A stretch of DNA of 64,000 nucleotides from positions 96,658,001-96,722,000 of the forward strand of contig NC_043004.1 of NCBI RefSeq assembly GCF_006345805.1. Reading direction: 5' to 3'. Positions within the stretch are counted from its first letter, which is position 1, and every line of letters starts with the position of its first letter. Position numbers and translations under genes: made by a program. The notes under the pieces were generated by a model. The model searched no databases and was not told the origin of the DNA. It saw nothing but the letters and a program-made list of their open reading frames with translations. The DNA is from Octopus sinensis (lineage: Eukaryota). This document shows, one piece after another, positions 25,631 to 39,287 of the stretch.

Positions 25631-26036
25631 TCTTTTCTACTCTAGGCACAAGGACTGAAATTTTGAGAGAGAGGGGGCCAGTTGATTAGATCAACCCCAG
25701 TATGCAGCTGGTACTTAATTTATCGACCCCCGAAAGGATGAAAGGCAAAGTTGACCTTGGCAGAATTTGAACTCAGAATGTAAAGACAGATGACATACTT
25801 ATTTCTTTACTACCCACAAGGGGCTAAACACAGAGGGGACAAACAAGGACAGATAAACGAATTAATTCGAGTATATATCAACCCCAGTGCATAACTGGTA
25901 CTTAATTAATCGACCCCGAAAGGATGAAAGGCAAAGTTGACCTCGGCAGAATTTGAACTCAGAATGTAGCGGCAGACGAAATACCACTAAGCATTTAGCT
26001 CAGCATGCTAATGATTCTGCCAGCTCATCACCTTAA
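25631..26036 (-). mobile_element. Dimeric SINE family B composite
   Basis: Two B cores joined at gacatac|ttatttctttac; both outer flanks read tgtagattatt (putative TSD). Confidence 0.85.
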
Positions 26037-26071
26037 AATGTAGATTATTTAATCAAAAAATGCTAATTTGT

Positions 26072-26245
26072 TTAACACTAGTATTTAAACTGGCAAAATC
26101 TGGCCAAAATATTCTACCTGTTTTATGTTCAAACTAACCAGATCCAACCTTTCCAACATACCCTACAATGTTATTCTAAGAATAAAACTATCAAATCATC
26201 AAAATCTCAAAGCTATGAAATAATGTGTGGTTAATACAAAACAGT
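26072..26245. mobile_element. Partial copy of the piggyBac-type MITE seen at 38493-38692
   Basis: Shared tttatgttcaaact(a/g)accagatc and ccctacaatgt...aagctatga sequence. Confidence 0.65.
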
Positions 26246-26246
26246 G

Positions 26247-26432
26247 AAGGCACGTGGCTTAGTGGCTAGGGTGTTTGGCTCATGATCGTAAGGCCATGAG
26301 TTCAATTCCTGGTGAAGCATTGTGTCTTGAGCAAGACACTTTATTTCACTTTGCTCCAGTCCACTCAGCTGGCAAAAAATGAATAGCACTTGTATTTCAA
26401 AGGGCCAGACTTGTCACACTCTGTGTCACACT
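26247..26432 (+). mobile_element. tRNA-derived SINE family E
   Basis: gtggcttagtgg...gagttcaattcc A/B-box head, then tgtcttgagcaagacactttatttc. Confidence 0.75.
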
Positions 26433-26614
26433 GATGTGGGTGGGGGTGGGGATGTGGGTGTGAGGTGGAGGTGTGGGGGTAGGAGTTGGGTATGTAGGGA
26501 ATTATATTGGCTCTTGGCATATCATGCCATGTTTCTGTTCACCAATAATTCAACCAAGATTTTATTGATATTTTTTTAAACTTCAATTTTTTTTTTTGTA
26601 TAGTTTTTCGTATG

Positions 26615-26940
26615 CTGTTACATTCTGAGTTCAAATTCCACTGAGGTCGACTTTGCCTTTCATCCTTTCGGGGTCGATAAATTAAGTACCAGTTACGCAC
26701 TGGGGTCGATATAATCGACTTAATCCCTTTGTTTGTCCCCTCTGTGTTTAGCCCCTTGTGGGTAGTTTGTTGAAATATTTTAAATTTTAAATAAAATTAT
26801 GATTGCTTCTAAAAATCCGCTCACAAGACTGTGGTCAGCCTGAGGCTATAGTAGAAGACACTTGCTCAAGGTGCCATGCAGTGAGACTGAACCTGGAACC
26901 ATATGGTTGGGAAGCAAGCTTCTTACCACACAGACACTAA
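26615..26940. mobile_element. Partial SINE B (+, about 26615-26765) and partial SINE A (-, about 26815-26940)
   Basis: Recognised cores of each family. Confidence 0.8.
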
Positions 26941-27260
26941 ACATGAGACATACATACAGAATAGTAAAGTCCAAGATCCAAAAGAAAGAGCAAGCAAAGC
27001 AAGAGAATGCAATGGTTAGTCACAGTTTAGTTTTATGGTTTGGATGGTAGGTCAGCTGTGCCAGGGCTGACCTAGGGTTAAACAATAACAGCAACAACTG
27101 TAGAAGTCATGAAAGATTATGTTGTTGAATGAAATGAAAGGCAGCGAAAAGTGTAAAGGAGGAGCAGCTACACACTAAGAACAAAAGCATAAACAACAGG
27201 CAAGGAACAACAACAGTACAAACAGCTACTCAACACAAGCAACTACAAAACTGCACAACA

Positions 27261-27828
27261 GGCGCAGGAGTGGCTGTGTGGTAAGTAGCTTGCTAACCAA
27301 CCACATGGTTCTAGGTTCAGTCCCACTGCGTGGCATCTTGGGCAAGTGTCTTCTGCTATAGCCCCGGGCCGACCAATGCCTTGTGAGTGGATTTGGTAGA
27401 TGGAAACTGAAAGAAGCCTGTCATAGGAGTGGCTGTGTGGTAAGTAGCTTGTTTACCAACCACACGGTTCTAGGTTCAGTCCCACTGCGTGGCATCTTGG
27501 GCAAGTGTCTTCTGCTATAGCCCCGGACCGACCAATGCCTTGTGAGTGGATTTGGTAGACGGAAACTGAAAGAAGCCTGTCGTATATATGTATATGTATA
27601 TATGTGTGTGTTTGTGTCTGTGTTTGTCCCCCTAGCATTGCTTGACAACCGATGCTGGTGTGTTTATGTCCCCGTCACTTAGCGGTTCGGCAAAAGAGAC
27701 CGATAGAATAAGTACTGGGCTTACAAAGAATAAGTCCCGGGGTCGATTTGCTCGACTAAAAAGGCGGTGCTCCAGCATGGCCACAGTCAAATGACTGAAA
27801 CAAGTAAAAGAGTAAAAGAGTAAAGAGT
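27261..27828 (+). mobile_element. SINE family A: partial head copy (27261-~27423) plus a full copy
   Basis: Head repeated after gaagcctgtc, the same architecture as 11258. Confidence 0.9.
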
Positions 27829-28899
27829 AACAGCAGCAGCAACAACAACAATGTCAATGGTGTACAAACATGCATAATACAACAACAGCAGAAAGAACAA
27901 CATAATCCAAATAACACTGCACGAAGAATATAAATAACACAGTACAAAACACAAACAAAAACAACACCAAAGGGAGACAAAGGCAACACAAGCAATAACA
28001 GCAACGCAAGCAACAAGAACAAGAACATTAGCATCATTGATGATGCTATTTATAGATGCAATGATGGAGGGTGAAATTGCAACAATGATAACAATACCCC
28101 CAGCAGCAGCAGCAACAACTACATCGACTGTAATAGCAACGACAACAACAACATCTAAAGCGAAATATGGATTATGAGTGCAGCATCAATGACAACAACA
28201 ACACAACAACAACAGCGGCAGCAACAACGATGACAAAACAATGGTAACTTCACAACAAATATCTGCCATAACTACCATAGAAGTAGTTGAAGAAGAAATC
28301 AGAGCCAACAACAACAGCAACAACAACAGCAACAAAAACATGAAAAACAACAACAGCAGCAACAACAACAACAACAACAACAACAACTAGTGGCAATACA
28401 ACAACAAAAGCAAGAAACAAAACCAAATTCTTCTTCACCATTTCGCTCCTTCCATTAAACACACGACCAAACAAAAAAAGAAAGAAGAAAAACAACAATC
28501 AAAATAGCAAAAAAAAAAATGTATTTATAAGAACAACTGTGTCTACCACCAGCATTGCTACAGCCACCATCATCATCATCATCATCATCACCAATAATGA
28601 AAACAGCAACATGAAACCGTAGAAGGAGTCTCTATGCGGTTGTTTGATCTACCAGAAACAGAAGCCAACCCAAATCTAATCTCCTACTATCTCAAAAAAA
28701 AGAAACACAGTGGATAATGTGAGCCTGGGTGCCTTGATTGCAATGAAGGAAACAGTGGGCTGGTCATGGTTGGAACGTCTGTGTTTATGGGTTTATTTCA
28801 TCAGGGTTGGCAGCGGGCTATATCATTTTTATCCACCACCACCACCATCAGAAACGCCATCACTATCACTGCTGTCATTATCCCCAGTACCACTACTGC

Positions 28900-30100
28900 T
28901 GGCACCACCACCACCACCAACACCACTACCACCACTGCCACCACCACCACCATTACCATACTACTACCACCATTACTACCGCTACTAAGCAAACTACCCA
29001 TCACCACCACCAGCCACCAGGATTACTACGACGACCACCACTACCACCACTGCCACCACCACCATCATCACACCACTACCACCATTATTACTCTACTACT
29101 GCAGCTACCATCACCACCACCAGCCACCAGTATCACTACGACGACGACGACGACCACCACCAACACCACCACCAACCACCACTACCACCACTGCACCACC
29201 ACATCACCATACCACTATCCACCATCCACCAGGATCACTACGACGACGACACAAACCACCACGACCACCACCACCAACACCCACTACAACCACTGCACCA
29301 CCACCATTACAATAATACTACCACCATTACTACCGCTACTACTGCAACTACCATCACCACCACCAGCCCACCAGGATTACTACGACGACCACCACTACCA
29401 CCACTGCCACCACCACCATCATCACACCACTACCACCATTACTACCGCTACTACTGCAGCTACCATCACCACCACCAGCCACCAGTATCACTACGACGAC
29501 GACGACGACCACCACCACCACCACCACCAACACCACTACCACCACTGCCACCACCACCATCACCATACCACTATCCACCATCCACCAGGATCACTACGAC
29601 GACGACGACCACCACCACGACCACCACCACCAACACCACTACCACCACTGCCACCACCACCATTACCATACTACTACCACCATTACTACCGCTACTACTG
29701 CAACTACCATCACCACCACCAGCCCACCAGGATTACTACGACGACCACCACTACCACCACTGCCACCACCACCATCATTACACCACTACCACCATTACTA
29801 CCGCTACTACTGCAGCTACCATCACCACCACCAGCCACCAGTATCACTACGACGACGACGACGACGACCACCACCACCACCACCACCACCACCACCACCA
29901 CCACCACCAACACCACTACCACCACTGCCACCACCACCATCACCATACCACTATCCACCATCCACCAGGATCACTACGACGACGACGACGACCACCAACA
30001 CCACTACCACCACTACCACTACTACTGCAGCTACCATCACCACCACCAGCCACCAGGATCACTACGACGACGACCACCACCACCACCACCACCACTATTA
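28900..30100. repeat. Higher-order ~355-bp repeat built from CAC/TAC/GAC triplets
   Basis: caggattactacgacgacc at about 29018, 29372 and 29728; aggatcactacgacgac at about 29231, 29587 and 29967. Confidence 0.85.
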
Positions 30101-30339
30101 CCACTAAACAGCAACAACCCTCACCAATGCTATCATCATTCCCCATCTTTCTTATTGCCATCAACAACAACACTAACAGGAACAACAGCTGTAATGTAAA
30201 AGAAAAGCGAACCGTACCCTCTATCTCAATGACAGCAACAACAGCATCATCAATAATTTGGAATACAACAGGAGAGAAACAATTGTTGTATCTACAAAGA
30301 AAGTTTCAATATCAGGAATCACAACAAATAGGATGAAAA

Positions 30340-31293
30340 AATACCACCACCAGAATCACTACCATCAACAGCACCCTCACCAGCACCTCATCACCACCCA
30401 CCACCACCACCACCACCACCACTACCACCACCACTACCACCACCAATACCACCACCAATACCACTAGCATCACCACCACCACCATCACCACCACCACCAC
30501 TATCACCACCACCACCACCACCACTACCACCTTCAATACCACTAGCACCACCACCACCACTACCACCACCACTACCACCACTACCACCACCAAAACCACT
30601 AGCATCACCACCACCACTACCACCACCAGTATCACTACCATCATCACCGGCACCACCACCACCTCTACCACCAACCACCCACCAACATCAGCATCACTAC
30701 CATCACCACTACCATCACCAGCATGCTCACCACCACCACCACCATTAACACCTCTTCCACCACCACCACATCACCACCACCATCACCAACACCACCACCT
30801 CTACCACCACCACCCACTACCACCCACCACCACCAGCATCACCAGCAGCAAAAGCAGCAGCACCCACCACCACCCACCACCAACAATAATCATTTCCAAT
30901 TTAGACACAAGGATATTAGTTTTAAAGTGTTGAGATTAGTTGTTAGTATCAGCTAGAGTATTTCGTACCTTATTTGATCCACCTTGAAACGGATGTAGAG
31001 CAGTAGTTGAACCTGGTAAGATTTGAACTCAAAACAGAGAAGAAATGCTACATGACATTTTGTCCAATAAGTTTTGATGATTTTATCAAAAGGAAACCTA
31101 AAATATTACTGTCCCCACTAACATCAACAACAAAGAACTCCTTAAAAATTGCAGCAATCACAACATCATGCTGCTGCTGCTGCTACTACTACTACTACTA
31201 CTACCACCAACAACAACAACACCACCATTACTGCTACTGTTATTATTACTACTAGTACTACTGTCACAGTCACTGCTGGTGCCACTACTACTA

Positions 31294-31330
<37 letters not shown>

Positions 31331-31432
31331 TACTACTACTACAACAACTACTACTACAACTACTACTACTACTACCACTACTACTACCACTACTACTACT
31401 ACTACTACTAATACTACTACTAATACTACTAA

Positions 31433-31496
<64 letters not shown>

Positions 31497-31503
31497 AATA
31501 ATG

Positions 31504-31550
<47 letters not shown>

Positions 31551-31560
31551 AATACAATGA
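30340..31560. repeat. (CAC)n, (TAC)n and (AAT)n microsatellite tracts with a short unique spacer
   Basis: Direct reading; an old B-type SINE remnant lies near 30940-31070. Confidence 0.9.
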
Positions 31561-32269
31561 TGACAGCAACCACCACCATCATCATGATTATGCTGCAGAG
31601 CAAATGAAAACCAAAAGAAAGCAACACTGATCATAACAACAACAATAATAATGAGAATATCAAAAACAACTACAAAGAAAAAAAAATTAAACCAATATCA
31701 GAACAGCACCAACAACAACAACAACAGTAGCAGCAGAAGGCAGCAGCAAAAACGACAACAACAATAACAACAACAATAACAATAGCAACTGTGCAAGCAT
31801 TAAAACAACAAAAGCGATATTACCAGCTCAGATCACCACAACAGGAATAATAACTACTGTAGCACCAGTGACTAACAACAACAACAGCACCAGCACTGAC
31901 AATAACATGATCATCAACAGCAATAACAACAACAACAGCAATGATGAGAAGGAGGTGGAGTACAGCAATAAGAAGAGGAGCAATAAAATCTGTCAGGTCT
32001 ATACTAAACTAACATCAACATGAACGACAATAAATTTCTTTAAATTTCTTCCGGCCATGAATAAGTCATTGAACATTAGGCAAATTAATTGTTGGCTGGC
32101 TGCAGGGCCTTGGGTAGGTGGATGAGTGGTGCGCGGCAAGTGGCGAGTGGCTTAGTGCATGGTATAGCTGGTTGCAGCAGTGTGAGGTGGGTTGGTGGGT
32201 TGGTGGAAGGAGTAGCAGGCTTTACATTCCCAAGTGGACTGGGAGGAACAGGGACAGTCTGCAATTGGG

Positions 32270-33130
32270 GAAAAGAGAGAGTGAAAGAGAGGAGAAGGGA
32301 GGGAGTTAGAGAGAGACAGGGAGAAAAAAGAGAGGGGGAGGGAGGGAGTTAGAGAGAGACAGGGAGAAAAAAAGAGAGAGAGAAAGAGAGGGGGAGGGAG
32401 GGAGATAGAGAGAGACAGGGAGAAAAAGAGAGAGAGAGAGGGATGACGACAACGATGATGATGACGACGACGACGACGACGATGATGATGATGATGATGG
32501 GGAGGCGGAGAAAGTGGAAAAACAGAAAAGAGGAGAATGAGGGAGAGAGCTTAGGGTAACAGAGAAAGACAAAGACCGAGGGGGGGGGAGAGACAGAGCA
32601 CAAGAGAGAGAGAGAGTGTCAGGAAGAGTGAAATGAGAGAGTAAGAGTTAGAGAGAGAGGGAGACATTGATGATGAGGATAAGGAACACAACTAGAGAAT
32701 GAGGAAGAGAGAGAGAGAGGAAGAGAGGAAGAGAGAAAGGGAGAGGAAGAGAGAAAGCTAAGGCTTATATAGCAACGAAGAGAGTGATGGAGAGAGGCTG
32801 TCGATGATGATGACGATGACAGTCAAGAGGAGATGGGGGGATATGGAGTAAGAGAGAGAACTAAGTATAATAGAGAGAGAAAGAGAGAAAGAGACAAAGA
32901 GGGGGAGATGATAATAAAGAGGAGAGAGAGGAGGAGTTTAATTTGAGAATGGGAGAAAGAGCGAGAGAGTGAAAGATAACAGAGAGAGAAAAAGAAAGAA
33001 AAGCGGAAAAGTGAGAAAGAGAGACATTGATGGGGATGATGAGGATGAAGACAATATGAGAATGGGGGAAAGAGAGAGAGAGAGAGAAAGAGAGAGGGTA
33101 AAGAATAATAGCGAGAGAGAGAGGGAGTAA
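32270..33130. repeat. Polypurine (GA-rich) low-complexity tract with a triplicated ~45-bp unit
   Basis: gggagggag(t/a)tagagagagacagggagaaaaa three times at 32298-32435. Confidence 0.85.
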
Positions 33131-33609
33131 GAAGAGAGTTCTTTGATGATGATGATGGCTATATTTATGATGATATTCATGACACCAGGGTTGATGATGA
33201 TGATGATGATGATAACAAAATGATGATGATGATGATGATGACAACAACAATCAAATGTTGATGACAACAAGAACAACAACTACAACAATGGCGAAGGCGA
33301 TGACATAGATAATGATATAATTATAATGATGATGATGACGGCAGCCACAACAGCAATGACGGCCACGACGACGAGGAGGAAAACGATGATGATGATGATG
33401 ATATAGCAAGTGGTCGCCATATGGCATGAGTTATTTTCATGGTGTATGGTATGCTGAGTCCAGGAGCCAGTTTTTGATTTCCAGTCGAAGTCAATTAACT
33501 TTCACTTTCACAGTTAATACTCTTGAGAAATGCATAAACATTGCATAATCACTTTACCCTCTCTTAGATATTCCTGGCCTTATTACAAACAACTACTCCC
33601 CTACCACAA

Positions 33610-33666
33610 GTAATTATATTAATAATAACAATAATAACAATAATAATAATGATAATAATAATAATG

Positions 33667-33697
<31 letters not shown>

Positions 33698-33705
33698 TAA
33701 TAATG

Positions 33706-33739
<34 letters not shown>

Positions 33740-33836
33740 TAATAATGATAATGATGATAATAATAATAATAATAATAACAATAATAATAATAACAATAAT
33801 AATGATAATGATGATAATAATAATAAAATAATAATG

Positions 33837-33872
<36 letters not shown>

Positions 33873-33956
33873 TAATAATAATAATGATAATAATAATAAG
33901 ATATCAATTTCAAATTTATTATAATTCTTGTTAATATTATTATTAGTAATATTTTT

Positions 33957-34003
<47 letters not shown>

Positions 34004-34005
34004 GG
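33610..34005. repeat. (AAT)n/(TAT)n microsatellite
   Basis: Direct reading. Confidence 0.95.
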
Positions 34006-34377
34006 TGAAGTGTTGAAAAACATTGTAGTTTTGGAATTAAAATTACTATGTAGTGTTTAGTTGTGATTTTCATTCTAATTTCAAATTCTACAGGAGTCGA
34101 CTTTGGCCTTTGTTCTTCAGGAATAATTGAAATGAATTAAATACTAAACTAGTAAAATGCTGGAAGTCAGTTGACTTGAATACAAACCTCTCTGAAATAT
34201 GTGTAGCTATTGCAAGTGTATTGCCTGCAACACTCCCTTATACATATGTATGTGTGGTGTGTTTATGTGAGTGTGTGTGTATATACGTGTACATATATAT
34301 GGGTGGGTATAAATATATATATATATGTGGGGTTGTAAATATATATATATACACACACATATATATATATATATATA

Positions 34378-34775
34378 GGTGCAGGAGTGGATGTGTGGTA
34401 AGTAGCTTCTTTACAAACCACATGGTTCCGGGTTCAGTCCCACTGCGTGGCACCTTGGGCAAGTGTCTTCTACTATAGCCTCGAGCCAACCAAAACCTTG
34501 TGAGTGGATTTGGTAGACGGAAACTGAAAGAAGCCCGTCGTATATATGTATATATATGTATGTGCTTGTATGTTTGTGTGTCTGTGTTTGTCCCCCTAGC
34601 ATTGCTTGACAACCGATGCTGGTGTGTTTATGTCCCCGTCACTAAGCGGTTCAGCAAAAGAGACCGATAGAATAAGTACTGGGCTTACAAAGAATAAGTC
34701 CCGGGGTCGAGTTGCTCGATTAAAGGCGGTGCTCCAGCATGGCCACAGTCAAAATGACTGAAACAAGTAAAAAAA
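34378..34775 (+). mobile_element. SINE family A
   Basis: Full-length. Confidence 0.9.
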
Positions 34776-34794
34776 AAAGAAAAAAAATATATAT

Positions 34795-35018
34795 CTGTAT
34801 TGGTAAAAACGGTAAGATAACAAACGAAAGAAAGAGACCTCAATATTATGTAAATAGAGGAAATTTATCTGTAAAAGAATATGTGACAATTATTCGGTAG
34901 CCAAGATAAAACTCTGAGTTTTGGTGGAAGAGACGATGGTGTGGATTTCCACCTCGGCATCCAAAACTCAGAGTTTTATCTTGGCTACTGAATAATTGTC
35001 ACATATTATTTTACAGAT
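34795..35018. mobile_element. Short hairpin insertion (arms 34867-34924 and 34961-35018) with a ~70-bp one-sided extension
   Basis: atctgtaaaagaatatgtgacaattattcggtagccaagataaaactctgagttttgg versus its near-perfect reverse complement; right end abuts (TA)n. Confidence 0.8.
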
Positions 35019-35021
35019 ATA

Positions 35022-35057
<36 letters not shown>

Positions 35058-35239
35058 TGTATGTATGTATTGTATGTATGTATATACGCATGTATGTATG
35101 TATGTATATGTATATATATGTGTGTGTTTGCATATTGATATATGTATATATAGATATGTGTGTGTATATATATATATGTATGTATATATAAATGAATGTA
35201 TATGTATATATACATAAGTCTGTTTATTTTCTTGTGTTG

Positions 35240-35275
35240 CTTTCTGTTGAAGAACGTAGGCTCGAAACGTAAAAG
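35240..35275 (+). ncRNA. Decayed minimal hammerhead-like motif in a short element (about 35215-35368)
   Basis: CTTT CTGTTGA a GAAC-gtag-GCTC GAAA CG T A AAAG: palindromic stem III ACGT; core position A6 is U. Confidence 0.45.
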
Positions 35276-35369
35276 ACTTTCTCACCTTTCCGAGCGTCAG
35301 ACTAATACACCTGCTTGTTATTGATAAACCTGTCTTCATCTTTTGTTTTTCTGTAAATTTCAACTATAT

Positions 35370-35597
35370 CTGTGTGTGTCTGTGTTTGTGTGTCTGTGTT
35401 TGTCCCCCAACATCGCTTGAGAACCGATGCTGGTGTGTTTACATCCCCATAACTTAGCGGTTTGGCAAAAAAAAAAATGATAGAATAAGTACTAGGCTTT
35501 CAAAGAATAAGTCCTGGGGTCGATTTGCTTGACTAAAAGGTGGTGCTCCAGCATGTCCACAGTTAAATGACTGAAACAAGTAAAAGAGTAAAAGAGT
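35370..35597 (+). mobile_element. SINE family A, 3' half
   Basis: Recognised tail. Confidence 0.85.
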
Positions 35598-35646
35598 ATA
35601 TTGAGTTCTACACCAGGTTATTAGTATCATAATGCCTAGGCAATAT

Positions 35647-35698
<52 letters not shown>

Positions 35699-36493
35699 TA
35701 CACACACAAGATATATATATAGGGCAGTCATCTCTCTTACCCTCATCACTAACATTGTAATTGCCATTGTCCTCCTCGCCGTTGTCGTCATCATCATCAT
35801 CATTATCACGATCATCGTCATTTTCATCATCATCATTGTCATCGTTATCATCAGCATCATCACAACTACCACCACACAACCACCACCACCACAACCACCG
35901 CAACAACTGCCACCACCACCATCACTACCACCATCAGCATTATCATCTTCAACATTGTTGTTGCTGAAGTTGTCATTTTCATCATCATTTTTGTCATCTT
36001 TGTCACCATCATCTTTCACCATCATCTTTGTCACCATCATCATCGGGTATCATCTGAGCTCAGAAGACTGAATGCTGTGGATTGCTCTTACACTGCTATC
36101 CATGGGTAACAACAGAGTTGTAGCTGGTGAAGTACCAATGCTTTCCATAGTGGCTTTCTGTAACATTTGGTCTGCTAGAAATAGTAACAAAATTTTGATC
36201 AAATTTACCCTACCATAACGAAAAAAAAAGTTTAAAACATGACACAAACTATACATTGTTCTGGATGCATTGTGTCTTAAAACAAACGATGTGGAGATCA
36301 TGTATGGAATGTCTTTGATCATGCCTGTTTAATCAAATCTATCCTCTGGGTAAACAAGTATGTTATCAATGGTTGTTCAATTGACTGCACTTCTGCACAG
36401 CTCTCTCTATGTTACAACCTTCCACCTTCGGTTTTACATTCTGTCACCCTGCTTCCTCCATTGATCATAGTCTTGTGGCCCTACATAAGATAG

Positions 36494-36742
36494 GTGAGCT
36501 GGCAGAAATAAGGCGGCGGGCTGGCAGAAATGTTAGCACGCCGGGCGAAATGCGTAGCCGTATTTTGTCTGCCGTTATGTTCTGTATTCAAATTCCACCG
36601 AGGTCGACTTTGCCTTTCATCCTTTTGGGGTCGATAGATTAAGTACCAGTTACACACTGGGGTCGATGTAAACGACATAATCTGTTTGTCTGTCCTTGTT
36701 TGTCCCCTCTGTGTTTAGTCCCTTGTCGGTAGTAAAGAAATA
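36494..36742 (+). mobile_element. SINE family B with 12-bp TSD
   Basis: TSD tacataagatag at 36482-36493 and 36743-36754. Confidence 0.9.
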
Positions 36743-38492
36743 TACATAAGATAGACATCTGTATTAAAACTGAAATATCATCTTTCGGCTGGTATGGGAA
36801 TAAGCTGATTGTAATTCTGTGTATGAATTAATTTTCGCCTTTCGTTTTCTGGTGTCTTATTTACAATCTATCTGTGAAGTTTTCCAAACTTTTCTTCCTA
36901 AAATACTTTTACATGTTACTTTAACAAGGGTGCCTGGACTGACATGTCTGACTCCATTGACAAAATAACACCAACAGCAACAAGAATAACAATAAAAATA
37001 ATGATTATGGTAATTTCTTTTATTGCAGCAAGTTGCACCAAGAAATATTACATTAAAACACAATCCAGAGCAATACAAAATATCATAATAGTTTATAAAA
37101 TTGGTGGTAAGAGAAAAGAAATGAGCTAACATAAAACTTCTTGCACAAATGCAGACATACAAAAATCAACATGTTAAATAAATAATCAAACAAATTGAGT
37201 CTCTTCAAGACAAAAATATTACACAAAATATAAATATTACTAACATAAATATATAAAAAAAACAAAAGAAAAAAATCGAATGCCAAAAAACAACAAACAA
37301 AAAAAAAAACAGCTAAAAACCTGCTAGATTATAATTTGTCATGTCAGTTGGTGTTGGAGTTTTCTTCAAATGTTTTTCTTTTTATATGAAATTCTAGGAA
37401 CCAATTTACGGAGGCCTCCTTTCGACCCTGGAAATTAGTAAATGTGAACATCACATGCCATTAAGCTATAAATTAGCAGTAAGAAGTGAACAAATGGTGA
37501 GGAGAACAAAAGAAACAGCAAGTCTTTTTTGAGCAGTGCTAAGTGCTTTCTAGTGTTGAACATGAAAAGTCTGCAGGATTGGTTGAAGAAACTCTTGAGA
37601 AATGGAGTTGGTTTTGAAATTATTAACAGCTATGCAATGTCTTAACATTTGCCAATTCCAACATTAATACTTGTTAGTTTCATTTAATTGTGTACTTAAG
37701 TATGTGTGCCAGTCTGAATGTGTATATAAGTATGCATATGTGTTGGTGTGCACGAGTGTACTTGTATACATGTGTTTCTGTGTGCATGTGTGTCTGACTC
37801 TGTGTGTGTGTGTGTGTGTGTGTCTGCATACATGCTTGTACACTCATAGACAAGAACATAATTTAGTTAAACCTCTTACAAGTTGAGATGTCTGAGAGGT
37901 TAGTATTTAGGGCCAGTTTTATACTGCATTGCAAAAAGGAGAATTGAAACTTCTGGCTTTGATGCTAGTTTATCAAAAATATGTTTACTAGACAATGAAG
38001 TGAGCTGAGATACATAAATGGACAACTCACTGGCAACAGAAGAGTTTGAACCCATGAACTATAGTCTTGCATCTCACATCAGCTGAAAATACTGTACATT
38101 GTTACTTTCATATGACACACGATTCGTTGAAATCCTTATACTGCAAATATTTTAAGCTTTCTATTTTTGTCTTAGCCTGCTCTTCAGCTGGGAGCCTTTC
38201 TTTGTTAAACTGAACAAAGTGGATATCAAAAGAATTGGAAAATATTTCCTTTTTACAAAGTGGCTTTGGGAATACAACAACTTTCATCAAATCTTCCATA
38301 ACTTTTTAATAAGTTACACCATTGAGAAATCTTGGTCATTACTCTCCTTCAATTATTCCTTTGCATGATATGGACTTTTGTTAATATTTATTATTTTTTT
38401 TTTGTGAAATACCACCATGTTCATCTTTTGTCAATTCTGTTTACACTGACTGTAGTGTATAGTTATTTCACTATGCTGACAAGTATGTTTAA

Positions 38493-38692
38493 CCCTTTAG
38501 CATGTAAACTGGCCATATCAAGCCAATATATTCTACCTAATTTATGTTCAAACTGACCAGATCTGGCCTCTCATATCTACCCTACAATGTCATTCTTAAA
38601 ATAAACAATCACTCCATCAAAATTTTGAAGCTATGAGATAATTCATGAATAGTTAAAAATACATTTGACCGAGAAATCTGAATGCTAAAGGG
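38493..38692. mobile_element. piggyBac-type MITE
   Basis: TTAA-CCCTTTAGCAT ... ATGCTAAAGGG-TTGA. Confidence 0.75.
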
Positions 38693-38858
38693 TTGAACTT
38701 TGATTGAGCCAAAAGGCTTATTTTACAAGGAAAGATCAGCATATGGCCAGAAAAGATTTTTAGAAATGTGTGCCCATCACTCCTATGTATGTCACTTATC
38801 AAACAACTGCCATACATGAAGCTCCCAATCCTTGAGTCACTTTGTGGCAATTTGCATG

Positions 38859-38895
<37 letters not shown>

Positions 38896-38896
<1 letters not shown>

Positions 38897-39045
38897 TTTA
38901 TTTAAAGCAGCAGAAAATTCAACAAAACCTGTTACTCAGAGTAATTGCTGAATTTTCTGCTGCTTTAAATAAAGCATATTACTCTACCACTGGTATTTGA
39001 GTACTCTTTTTTCCACCTTGTTTCACATTTATGTGTTTACTCCGG
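38896..39045. mobile_element. Short hairpin insertion (arms 38896-38925 and 38945-38974) with a ~70-bp one-sided extension, within (TA)n
   Basis: ctttatttaaagcagcagaaaattcaacaa / ttgctgaattttctgctgctttaaataaag; (TA)n on both flanks. Confidence 0.8.
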
Positions 39046-39094
<49 letters not shown>

Positions 39095-39287
39095 ATGTGT
39101 GTATGTGTGTGTATGTATGTATGTATGTATGTATGTAAGTATGTATGTGTGTGTGTATGTATGTATGTCATTATTCAGTTTAATACAAGATTTCTTGCCA
39201 ATAGAAAAAGAACTAACCAAGATCCAAGGTTCCTTCATTGGAATTTCAAAATCAACAACAGGGTATTTTTGTATGTATGTATGTATG

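Noticed and set aside
28766-30336. 477-aa and 509-aa ORFs as a mucin or His-rich protein gene
   Set aside because: Stop-free only because of C/A-rich triplets; the translation slips among Thr, His and Pro phases and several frames are open.
38108-38299. 63-aa minus-strand ORF with ordinary composition
   Set aside because: No recognisable domain or splice signals; its length is within chance expectation.
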